Part shown: positions 21,801 through 26,529 of the stretch, in pieces
Layout of the letters: the number at the start of each line of letters is the position of its first letter
Position numbering within the stretch: the stretch's first letter is position 1
Source: a virus
Lineage: Duplodnaviria > Caudoviricetes
Reading direction: 5' to 3' (one strand)
Virus record (IMG/VR): IMGVR_UViG_3300031702_000024
Location: 1-35,793 of that record
Length of the DNA: 35,793 bases
Translations under genes and position numbers: made by a program
Notes under the pieces: generated by a model
The model's input: only the letters and a program-made list of their open reading frames with translations
The model's database searches: none
Told to the model about the DNA's origin: nothing

Positions 21801-22539
21801 CGTCAAATAATCCATTAGCTCGTAGCCCTGCTGTGCCAGCAGTTATAATAGACGACCCAGGAGTAAATGTTCTACTAATAGAAATTGCCATTGGGTGACC
21901 AGGTGTATCAATTTCAAAACGATACGTTTGTCCACGATATAGTTTTAATGATGGGTTTCTAGTAAGCCCATCATTAAACACATATGCCATGCTATCGCCC
22001 TGATCTTCGAGTGTTACTGTATATGTACTAGTTACTGATTGACTTTGTCCTCTAACATTAACACTTAATGGACCAGTTGGTACCCAATAATATTCACGAA
22101 AGTTTGTAAATTTATCCCAATCAATATTAGGGTTCCAAGGATAATAATCACTACTATTAAGTCTACTTTCATTAGTTGTATTAGCTCCGAGGAACCCTAA
22201 CATACCAATATAGTCGTTGTAGTCTTTATAAAAAGTTACGTTGTCTAAATTATCTTTAATAACAGCAGCTGGTTCTAATTGATAGTTTACTCGATTTGGT
22301 GAAACATCGCCTATATAATTGTCTCCAGTTTTATAAGCTTTTGCTGTTTTACGACCAACATATCCGTTAATTTTTTCAGCTTCGCCCGGCTGTATTAATT
22401 GATCTATAGTTCCTTGTAAAAACTTTTTGTTTGCTTCAGTGCGAAAGAATTTTGGAATTAAATCGCTTGCAGATCTGCTACTGCTGTTATTGCCAGCACT
22501 TGGTAATGACTTATCGTTTTGATTATTATTAGTTGCCAT
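6850..22539 (-). CDS. Giant (5229 aa) baseplate wedge/adhesin protein at the T4 gp7 position
   Basis: Uninterrupted 15.7-kb ORF coupled to gp6 by a TAATG overlap, with GGAGG upstream. It contains a cupredoxin-like module, five CBM5/12-like motifs, seven FG-GAP-like blades, GxGY...P.V repeats and C-terminal DGxT..F beta-sandwich repeats. Confidence 0.75.
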   Translation of the reverse strand: MATNNNQNDKSLPSAGNNSSSRSASDLIPKFFRTEANKKFLQGTIDQLIQPGEAEKINGYVGRKTAKAYKTGDNYIGDVSPNRVNYQLEPAAVIKDNLDNVTFYKDYNDYIGMLGFLGANTTNESRLNSSDYYPWNPNIDWDKFTNFREYYWVPTGPLSVNVRGQSQSVTSTYTVTLEDQGDSMAYVFNDGLTRNPSLKLYRGQTYRFEIDTPGHPMAISISRTFTPGSSIITAGTAGLRANGLFDATLYDSNNSSYDVGEFIVLPDSGSVTFAADDNVSTLYPDGIVKIGESGENVAVAYIEKGVIEFTIPVNAPNNLYYISKNSIDTSGLIKLYDIEENTILDVTADIIGKKTYTSANDIIFSNGMKIKFQGNVLPAKYAQDQWYVEGVGDKIVLINEKDLIIPAAYSENIVVPFDSDQFDAMPFASASAYAQDKDYLIINRSSLDKNAWTRYNKWFHKDVLIKSYEYNNLDVNIDEAGRAKRPVIEFEAGLKLFNFGVESKTDIDLIDKFTKDVFSTVEGQLGYNIDSTNLASGMRVLFAADTDIRVSGKIYEVKFSTINNIRQISLIETTDTAPIDLETVFVKQGTKYGGKTFHYHNNTWIPAQEKTKVNQPPLFDLCCPTGNAYGDLDVFNSSTFKGTKIFSYKEGDGNNDIELGFPLSYKKIENSGDIVFEFNLLSDTFSVQNDDLVVDVKTDTANLRKYKSKTSFTYVNGWSSTPVTSKQYVVNQYTATDNITNNFEIDFFNNPGNLNDLQVIVFVNNKLQFRLTDYEIDRINGSALVRFYKDISTDDVVTVKAHSSASKNSKGYYELPINLERNPLNDDIFEFTLGEVIDHVDSMVSEIPNFSGVYPGPGNLRDLGDLDKFGKRFVKHKSPLNLSLYHLLNTKYNLTKSLDYAGTEYSKFKRVFLETAESLGFDGETKQHVDIILKTINKDKVKTQPFFFSDMIAHGPSNKLTYTVLDARIKSYALTTPFNLTELSANAVSVYLNSRQLTHELEYTYDTDGYVVIAAGQNVNDIIDIYEYASTDGTFVAPTPTKLGIYPKFAPELTIDDTYQTEEPSTDGTYKIYGEVEEGFNNAGARGWFYPVYPTSSAANAADTANGGTGSSTTYLFKGLNVVLYMPATGSSIGTVDNVEYDAYPTGIPFIKGHDGSYIRAYLDFRDELLLDLEKRIFNNIKIDYEKNKINIDKFTGGDFRVNEFTKTEVDRSLLSNFTKWLSYVDNDYTNNYFYDRLNPFTFNYSSSTNIKGELNPGFWRGVYNRAFDTDRPHSHPWEIQGFKIKPLWWNTVYGPAPYTRDNLILWTDIQEGKIADPNNIRYTLDYARPGLLGFIPVDSQGGLKHPQESGYVRQFILRQSTGNFSFGDEAPVETAWRRSSDYPFAIIKSLMLNKPSSTIGEAFDVSRITTNLAGQQIYSATGKHLVLNKLVFPNTYKDIARINSSGLVNFVYNLIASDVLTVYQDYQNEIKALNNQLGFKLGGFSDKQKINLILDSRSPQQQLEEGGIYIPQENYQVFLNTSSPQSVAVYSGIIIEKSSSGFVIRGYNNQNPFFEYYEPITSSKTVPITVGGISETTSDWRPRNVFYKDEIVENNNTYYRVTKTHTSTDAFSTDNLAKIPELPIIGGKTALFKRNFDEATVKSLPYGTTVKTSQEVVDFLLGYGKRLNDLGFDFNFVELDGAVNNWDQSAREFLFWTTQGWATGTVITISPAANKFNFSKEYFVVDDINDPFYTYSILQANGEPLTSEFNSLLRDNNSFGIETVNTEEGLYSAALPLVQREHVVLIDNKTVFNDVVFEPKSGYRQERIKVSGYRAADWTGGLNIPGFVYDDAKVVDWAQWKDFNIGSLIKYKQFYYVATENIPGASTFETAKWFKLNKKPEPELITNFDYRTNQFTDFYSLDTQGFDPELQKMAKHFTGFQKRQYLANIIPDDVSQYKFYQGFIQDKGTKNALSKMFSALGSAGKDTLEFYEEWALQVGRFGATDNIQQVEFNLKENKVQESPQAVELVNRLPATNFDKHYRILEHEVYDKPLDYNHAPFPTKEITNETYKTGGFVREDDVTFVASSSAELPLGNVNLLGLGEYIWVTELAENPWNVYQHIGLETYVSTLENKNETSAITGESLIELTLSRWAGDLVQPLDIIGVRAAKDFNLEGLYIVDSINLNKIKIRISTEVTPDPFLNQNFLLTKLRSVRVATLAEANALAQTNLYTGQRFWIEQYNNEWAVLENQSLYSNNQTIVNNSEFAGDLQDFSASMATTSDNRNLFVASSNDSNGKLNYYRRTDESAELVIDQEIFPPDNSTLYDPADSDFGKSIDVSPDGEYLVVGVPGASNVKTKFSGTFSSTQTYTKGQIIKYKESLWKANREILPAIAAEQFSSFDSYINISEQSDADSTTLTLLVAGDPGLPNNVVDHFLVRAPKDMYNGTSGPVGAVAGDGVSLYWNKRSFAYPTIQTYLPFDNIIPEITTTVLSTEHTIQQKIDHIFFIDTFVTLPIKGDIVQTDTGTAEVYYVSAFRDSAVVYLINTNGVFGILGELFNDRTDFIGFYSEADTYNTSEAVAGYWLFKTYQIGQDPTPQSTEVTSGSAFTYSNNGRYYDTGRGLVYSDIRKRVDIDAAQLLNVYSNIQDTISDIGAYVTKKNQASFINHLSYTGDNGGTELAIPSSKYVIRTSKDYSNIIHPRFLVNGPSSASPTKVNIKYFDNDEFNLNETGFTVSDITATDIIIQDMWDGYIDFDFTEFDFEGNVFEPVIGDILVDVQIPRDGQGGLARTSTTTSAAEVMFYQRNFNKVRVYVNVLTQAQFEEKEPTDRLDITVGGTFSQLTNIGRFEIRRLARSITDPDQDTGTILDVNNDIVLGTNLIGKLIVVDTGTLFSDSVTWDNVIPVTDQEYYFFNEDTITGISRAANPPYTSNKDYAQVYNILADKNGTGGSLNQGAASIYRKDFNGVYQHQITLVSEYAAQDKRFGSQVKITQAGNDYTLMISNEPTGLARDADLEWRENPGAIEIFNHGIVTVDNFKGFFKLDTTYYLGEIVITNDNYYIARKESPRTQNDISNPIYWLNISWKRAKDESYRGTFDNTISYSLNDIVNYSNLLYKAVTNVPKGAAVPSRLNTSWELVDSKIDYLGVLPNLTLNAYYNELSYDPATNISQFAESFDLSDDAEVLVVTTKLELSDSSYQKQLAIYRLTDKKYVLSQVIDAPASSFELQNHDNDDATPDVWVNKNLWAETVSLNPAGNKIAVSVPLDDTNSIDQGAVWVYNYNSTTEKFGTVNGVDDNNITITAPNTVINSPNNEEVERFGYSVAFGNDSLIISSQNGDQLIPTRFDTFSDLLAEDSYVLDISSAAAGTETTFDNQFTSFKNIKVDKGTIYVYEDVQGSLVYSEQLIFKDAQVEFGKNLLINDNHIYTGIPNFVSTTYRGIILDYRKSKIKKSWNVLRSSVTPVDLSKIEGVFLYNKRTNQIVSYIDYIDPVQGKIAGLADQEITFKMPQDPACYNVGQLADATVDPSKHWSEEHVGQVWWNINNARFSYSYQGSTTFQSNEWNTLLPGASIDIYEWVESDYLPSQWNQLADTDNGVPLGISGTSLYGDTKYSAKLSYDDISQTFNTKYYFWVENKLTIPIDKKRTINCLNIRNLIQSPRENGYRYISFISKDKFVLNNFDNLITSDDLVLNIRYSTGLNSSQNEHAQYQLISDNLATSKPNYDIERKWFDSLIGFDSNNRIVPDPKIPVAKRQGIQNRPRQGMFVNRTEALKQTIERVNLVLLKTLIIDEYNINSLLLKDESPTAASKKYDLKIDTYEELVFVSTNKLTSAVLTPVVVNGRVIRVIITNPGRGYKVAPSYQFEGAGTGATLDIVINNLGQITSVDILTQGTDYTEITKLNVRKFTVLVESDSTSFNKWTLYEWNTPSTSWFRTAVQDYNVANYWNYSDWYDTNYNQFTEVNYSVNNSYELSTIDDIIGDTVRINNVGTGGWLLLEKESNQNTEDYTINYKTIGRQNGTIQFGDNLYDYTKNSTGYDNNSFDSAFYDNNPVRELRIIFESLRDNIFTGTLAVEYNQLFFATLRYILSEQPDVDWMFKTSFISATHKLGNLSQDVTFKYSNLADFESYVNEVKPYSTNIREFVDSYNSLDNTNSSTSDFDLAPYYNNETGTIIPSIATVDSNIIVGANNNTTAYPRKHWLDNLGYKITEIKMSDLGSGYTFVPTVRFEGGGGGTGATATAVLAYGKVTKIKVTNTGSGYTSAPTVIIEGSQNDISTNANATAIIGAGLVRTPHIVVKFDRMSGQYVYEDISKQSLYTGTGDSTTFNLAYPLDLNNSKVQVLVDNIEQLRSKYTYANIKDNTLTYTREKGRIIFTKPPANGAVIVIKYQLPLSMLSAEDRILHSYSPSTNMYSKDLSQLITGTDFGGVEVRSFDFQGISGWDSKGWFVDQWDQFDNTYEDQVFTADGSTIAVQLTTPLVNGVVYNLYKNNVRIDDPNFNLGTATNVNAITNSITGDGTTDIIYVQDLGISIVDGDTFVVRKSTSDGSVIPDATGYDTALSGGDLLYTTASGTAAEDIITDGDGFISEAAMSGPEELVPGQIFDTLDIKVYTREADGQGKIYSQSYHLDTSVTTYDLGVTPSSVDSIIVKIDNTILSREAGNYTINWELGKITIDSTISSFVAGAILSIVTVSQAGQNILDFGEYIADGSTTSFETRVRFQTDLDIFVSTNGVKQTVTFNKSEITGNVVFTFSTAPEEGELVYYSLFDSIIQVNYSQMKKDRFTGNAVDVNFVLSSAPFYNKPTQHNLIVKVGNTILSPGYNIQYTIPASNQREYLLETFQQPQGSLLTEDIKVFLNGEELLTPVSWRFNIANSSIVLNDDVGKENDIIEIYVITDGQYTLPSANTVKLNTAPGPFAEVEIFQFSNHDILGIERVNYDVVARTTLQLGNTEYNTYNRLSVGEIKLRKPAVDAKYAWVIKNGELLTPDIDYILTNNNTTIQLAVVPEQLDLLDVIHFTAEVNTSKFAYRQFKDILNRTHYKRLDESVTILAAPLNYYDLRIEVNNSTLLSEPNKGQNLPGIIFVNGERIEYFVKEGNTLRQLRRGTLGTGVKELHTAGSKVFDQNISKTIPYIDNNIVQNITADGTSALFDVVSSTGSIDELEVFVGGIRMRKNSISSFLPTFELDSPAGDYETPADVLFNVQTQKIDLKQVPLVGTRITIIKKQGKIWNEGVNSLGESNNSIARFLRAGTSELPE

Positions 22540-25500
22540 TAGTAACTATAGCCTCCACCTGATGAATTTGTCGTTGTTGTTGCACTTGTTATTCCTGTAG
22601 TTACGGAACTTACGCTAGTAATAACATCGCCTGTGGCTTGTAATTCTGTAGCTGTAATTTCATCTATAATTTCAATATCAGTGACTTGAGCAGCACTTAT
22701 AAAAATTTCGTCCAGTTCAGATTTTATTTCAAATAAACTTCCAAAAGATTGCGAACCTTGTCGAGGAACAATGATCATACTAACTAATTTTGGAGTTAGT
22801 GTATTCATTATAAACGCACTTAGTTCTTGAAAGTAAAAAGTTTCGCCAAAATCCCAATTATCAATTGCAAAGAATCTATTAATTGACTCAATTATATCAG
22901 CTTTTAATTCGTTTTCATTAACTGCTAGATCTTTATTTCTTACAATTTTAAATTTTACCTGAAGATCTGCTTGAGCTTTACTTCCAAATAGTATCTTATA
23001 TTTAACCGGGTGATAAATTAACTCGTCGCTAATTGACTTGATTGCGTTGATGTCAGTACTGTAAGCTCTAGACAATTGATCATTACTTGCAGGCAACGGT
23101 TTAGTTGAAGTTGCATTAGCTACATATTTGCGCATTTCGTTATCATAATTCTTAGTTAATAAATACGTATCAATAATATTACTAGCACTTGGATCAATTC
23201 TATAATTTGAATCTGCTACATGAACATAATGGAACTTTAAGTTAGCTCTACCAGTATATGCTTTATAATTAGAATTTAAAGTTGTATTTCCTAGTGCTTT
23301 GTTTAATGTTTTAAATACCGTTTCTTCTAAAAGATAAAAAACATCGCCTTCGTTGTGTAAACTATAAGAGCCTATTGCAGATTCATTTTGCTTAATTTTA
23401 ATTTCGCTATTAGTATTTTCAAAGTATTTAAAATCTTCTACTCCGTCTGATGTAGTATATCGTTTTTGGAATACTATTTTATCAGAATTTTCAACATTAG
23501 GATTAGTCGGGTCAACTAATATATTAAATAAATCTAAATCGTCTACAACACCGTCATCATCTAAATCAAAAAACTGTATTTGTATTTTTCTTGTGTCTAC
23601 ATATCCTTCGCTATCTCTGTATGCATCACTAATACTCCACGTAAAATCTCTAGAATAAGGTGTGCCAATTACTGGGATAGTGTTTATACTTAATACATCA
23701 ATTTTGTCACGTACTATTTTTCCAATTGAAGGATCATAAATTTTGTCGGCGCTGTCAAAGAAGAATCTAATCTCATCGTTACTTTCAAAAATATAGCGTT
23801 GATTCCTGTGTGTTATTGTATATTTTTCGCCGTTTGTTTTAAACCATAATAACCAGCTTGAATCTAAATTTTCGCCTGTTATATCGCCTGATTTTCCTAA
23901 GGAAAAATTAGTTACTGTATTAATATTTTCAGCAAGAATTATTTTCCATTCTCGTGTTTCAGTATCATATCGTAATGCAAAATCTTTATATGCAAATGAT
24001 TGGTCAATAATTTGTACTATTAAATCATCTACTAATGTGTTTGATATTTTAGGTTTAACTTCTACTAATAAACTTCCGTCATTTATTACATCTGTCAAGA
24101 TAACGTCACCAATGTTAGTAGAACTAACAGTGTCACCTTCGTTAGCAACACTTGATACACTAGTCCATCTATAAATTGATGCGCCTTTTTTATTAGCGTT
24201 AGTAGTAACAGTACCGTCTGGTAGAAAATACTGCTGTACTAGTGATGAATTTTTAGGAGCATTAAATTTAAGCATTGTTCCAGCTTCTACAAATCTTAAA
24301 TTGTTTGCAGTAAATGCGCCGACTTTAGATACATTAGTTGTATCAGCTTGTGCTGTAAATACTCCTGAAATTTTATTTGTTGCTTGGTAATAATTTTTCC
24401 ACGCTATACTTAAATCATTTGTTAATATTTTTGGAAATTCACTAAAATAAAAGTTTCTAAGTGAAGTTGATTTTATAATACTGTTTACTGTGTTGTAAAT
24501 AACTCCTTCAATGTCACTTTGTGTTGCAAATTTAAAGTCAGTCTTTGTTTCAAATGTTTCTTTATAAATGACTCCGTCACTAGCAAAGAGGCTAGTATTT
24601 GAATATTTTCCACTTGCGTCTTTTAAATCAAAATATCTACTAATGCCGCTTGAAATTCTATTTGTACTTTTTGTTTTAATAATGTCTTGACTAATAGCTA
24701 ATGGACCAATATTATAATCTTCGCCTGTGATTAATCTGTTTTGAGTATAATAAGTTGTCGGAGCATTTTGTTTAATGCTTGCATTTGATTCTGTTGCGGT
24801 GCCATTTGAAACTGTATAGTTTAATCTTAGTCCTAGGGTTAATGTTTCAAGCGTTCCGGCTCTACCTTGGTAAGGTATTTCAATATTAACGTTGCCTATT
24901 GCATTAGGTGAAACAACCATATTACTATTAGAACTAGTTCTATAATACACTTTAAAGTTTCCAGTAGGTAAGTTTCCAAACACTCCGTCACTAAACACTA
25001 AATTTATTCTATCTCCTATTCTAGTAACAACAGAAAATATATTTCGTATGCCTTCAAATAGACTATTATAAATTATGTTATTGCCTTCGACATTTGCAAT
25101 TTTAGTCCATTGTGTTGTTTCGAACCCATTAGTATCAACATTATACAGCCATACATCATCATTGTTAATGTTCTCAGAATCTACTGCAATTATTTGATTA
25201 GGAATAGGATTCGACACATCAAAAGGACCTGACTCTAGCTTTCCTTGTCGAAAATGCATAAAGAACCCAGTGTTATTACTGCCAGCGCCTTGACCATCAT
25301 CTCGGAATAAAAATGCAGGACTTGTTCCAGGAAGAGGAGCTTCTTCTACAATTTTAGTACCTTGTATATCAGTACTTACTACTTCAAATCTTGTACTAAC
25401 TCCCTCAACATTCTTTGAAAAAGGAAAAACTGCACTATCAGTGTTAGTTGCATTTAGTCTATATTTTTGTGTCTGTACACCGTCAATTTCTTGACTCTTT

Positions 25501-26021
25501 AATGGATTGCCAATTGAATTTTGTACAGGAAGAGCAGCATTAAGAACTTTAATAAATTGTTCAAAGTAGTTTGTATTAGTTTGGTCATTCCATTTAATAA
25601 CTCTACCCGCAAGTTTTGCATTAGCACTGTCTGTAATGTTTTCAGTTGTTTTGACTGTTACAAGTTTAAGAAGTCCGTTTGTTGCTTGGTTTCTTCGAGG
25701 ATTATAAGACAGCATACGTGCTAGACGTAATATACTTTCTCTGCGCTCTGCTGTTTCAAGGAAGTTTTCACGAGCGTTTAAATCGATGCGGAATGATAAG
25801 TTTTGCCCAAGGAAAGCAATCATATCTATTAGTGCAAGATATTCACTTGACTCAATGTAATCGTTAAAGTCTTCTGGATAGTTTTGACGTAGATAATTAA
25901 TCATTGTGCGTCTTAGATTGTCAAAGTCATAGCTTTGAAAATCCGCATTGCGGAATGATTGGTATATTCTTTTCCAGTCTTCAGTTACTAATAACCTAGA
26001 CTGCCGATCAGATGTGGACAT
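22539..26021 (-). CDS. gp6: Baseplate wedge subunit, T4 gp6-like
   Basis: 1160 aa. Motifs DFDNLRRTMINYL...EDFNDY..S....LIDMIAF, ENFLETAERRESILRLARMLSYNP and ESNASIKQNAP..YYTQNRLITGEDY match gp6/baseplate-J. It directly follows gp25. Confidence 0.85.
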   Translation of the reverse strand: MSTSDRQSRLLVTEDWKRIYQSFRNADFQSYDFDNLRRTMINYLRQNYPEDFNDYIESSEYLALIDMIAFLGQNLSFRIDLNARENFLETAERRESILRLARMLSYNPRRNQATNGLLKLVTVKTTENITDSANAKLAGRVIKWNDQTNTNYFEQFIKVLNAALPVQNSIGNPLKSQEIDGVQTQKYRLNATNTDSAVFPFSKNVEGVSTRFEVVSTDIQGTKIVEEAPLPGTSPAFLFRDDGQGAGSNNTGFFMHFRQGKLESGPFDVSNPIPNQIIAVDSENINNDDVWLYNVDTNGFETTQWTKIANVEGNNIIYNSLFEGIRNIFSVVTRIGDRINLVFSDGVFGNLPTGNFKVYYRTSSNSNMVVSPNAIGNVNIEIPYQGRAGTLETLTLGLRLNYTVSNGTATESNASIKQNAPTTYYTQNRLITGEDYNIGPLAISQDIIKTKSTNRISSGISRYFDLKDASGKYSNTSLFASDGVIYKETFETKTDFKFATQSDIEGVIYNTVNSIIKSTSLRNFYFSEFPKILTNDLSIAWKNYYQATNKISGVFTAQADTTNVSKVGAFTANNLRFVEAGTMLKFNAPKNSSLVQQYFLPDGTVTTNANKKGASIYRWTSVSSVANEGDTVSSTNIGDVILTDVINDGSLLVEVKPKISNTLVDDLIVQIIDQSFAYKDFALRYDTETREWKIILAENINTVTNFSLGKSGDITGENLDSSWLLWFKTNGEKYTITHRNQRYIFESNDEIRFFFDSADKIYDPSIGKIVRDKIDVLSINTIPVIGTPYSRDFTWSISDAYRDSEGYVDTRKIQIQFFDLDDDGVVDDLDLFNILVDPTNPNVENSDKIVFQKRYTTSDGVEDFKYFENTNSEIKIKQNESAIGSYSLHNEGDVFYLLEETVFKTLNKALGNTTLNSNYKAYTGRANLKFHYVHVADSNYRIDPSASNIIDTYLLTKNYDNEMRKYVANATSTKPLPASNDQLSRAYSTDINAIKSISDELIYHPVKYKILFGSKAQADLQVKFKIVRNKDLAVNENELKADIIESINRFFAIDNWDFGETFYFQELSAFIMNTLTPKLVSMIIVPRQGSQSFGSLFEIKSELDEIFISAAQVTDIEIIDEITATELQATGDVITSVSSVTTGITSATTTTNSSGGGYSY

Positions 26022-26047
26022 ATTTGTATTCCTTGTTTACTTAAATG

Positions 26048-26053
26048 TATTTA
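26048..26053 (-). promoter_or_regulatory. Putative late promoter -10 box (TAAATA) upstream of gp6; second copy at 26073-26078
   Basis: Minus strand reads TAAATACGCACTTTTTTAAATCAGGTAAATACATTTAAGTAAACAAGGAATACAAATATG. Confidence 0.6.
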
Positions 26054-26079
26054 CCTGATTTAAAAAAGTGCGTATTTAA

Positions 26080-26517
26080 TTAAAGTAGGCCATTTTTTTG
26101 ATCAAATGTAAATTTAAGCTGCTCAGAAATATTATAAGGAATGTAAGAAACAGTACAATCGATACTTATTCCTTGCTCATAAGTATCAACAACTACACTA
26201 TCTGCTTGAATCCTAGAATCAAAGTTTACAATAGTAGTAACGTTTTCAATAATTGCTTCTTGTATTGCAGGAGTAAACGGTTCAAATAATAGATCCCAAA
26301 TTATACATCCAAAAGTAGGGTCACTTAGTTTTTCACCCTGTCGTATATGGAAGTGATTGATTAAATCTTGTTTAATAAGCTCAAGATCATACAAAGAAAA
26401 TCCATTGTTTACAGAAGTGTTAGTACTAAAACCTCTATATGCACGGCCAGGAATAGATGCTTTAGACACGCTTGGAACTGTAACACGCTTGTAAAGATTT
26501 TTTTCTAATTCGCTCAT
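26080..26517 (-). CDS. gp25: Baseplate wedge subunit gp25 (GPW_gp25 family)
   Basis: 145 aa. YRGFS...LYDLELIKQDLINHFHIRQGEKLSDPTFGCIIWDLLFEP...DSRI is the gp25 signature. Confidence 0.9.
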   Translation of the reverse strand: MSELEKNLYKRVTVPSVSKASIPGRAYRGFSTNTSVNNGFSLYDLELIKQDLINHFHIRQGEKLSDPTFGCIIWDLLFEPFTPAIQEAIIENVTTIVNFDSRIQADSVVVDTYEQGISIDCTVSYIPYNISEQLKFTFDQKNGLL

Positions 26518-26521
26518 ACTA

Positions 26522-26527
26522 TATTTA
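26522..26527 (-). promoter_or_regulatory. Putative late promoter -10 box (TAAATA) 4 nt before the gp25 ATG
   Basis: Minus strand reads TAG-GG-TAAATA-TAGT-ATG. Confidence 0.6.
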
Positions 26528-26529
26528 CC

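Noticed and set aside
6850-22539. Intein, intron or stop-codon recoding as the explanation for the giant ORF
   Set aside because: No intein splice motifs or homing-endonuclease signature were recognised. The ORF is open in the standard code and neighbouring genes end normally at TAA/TAG.
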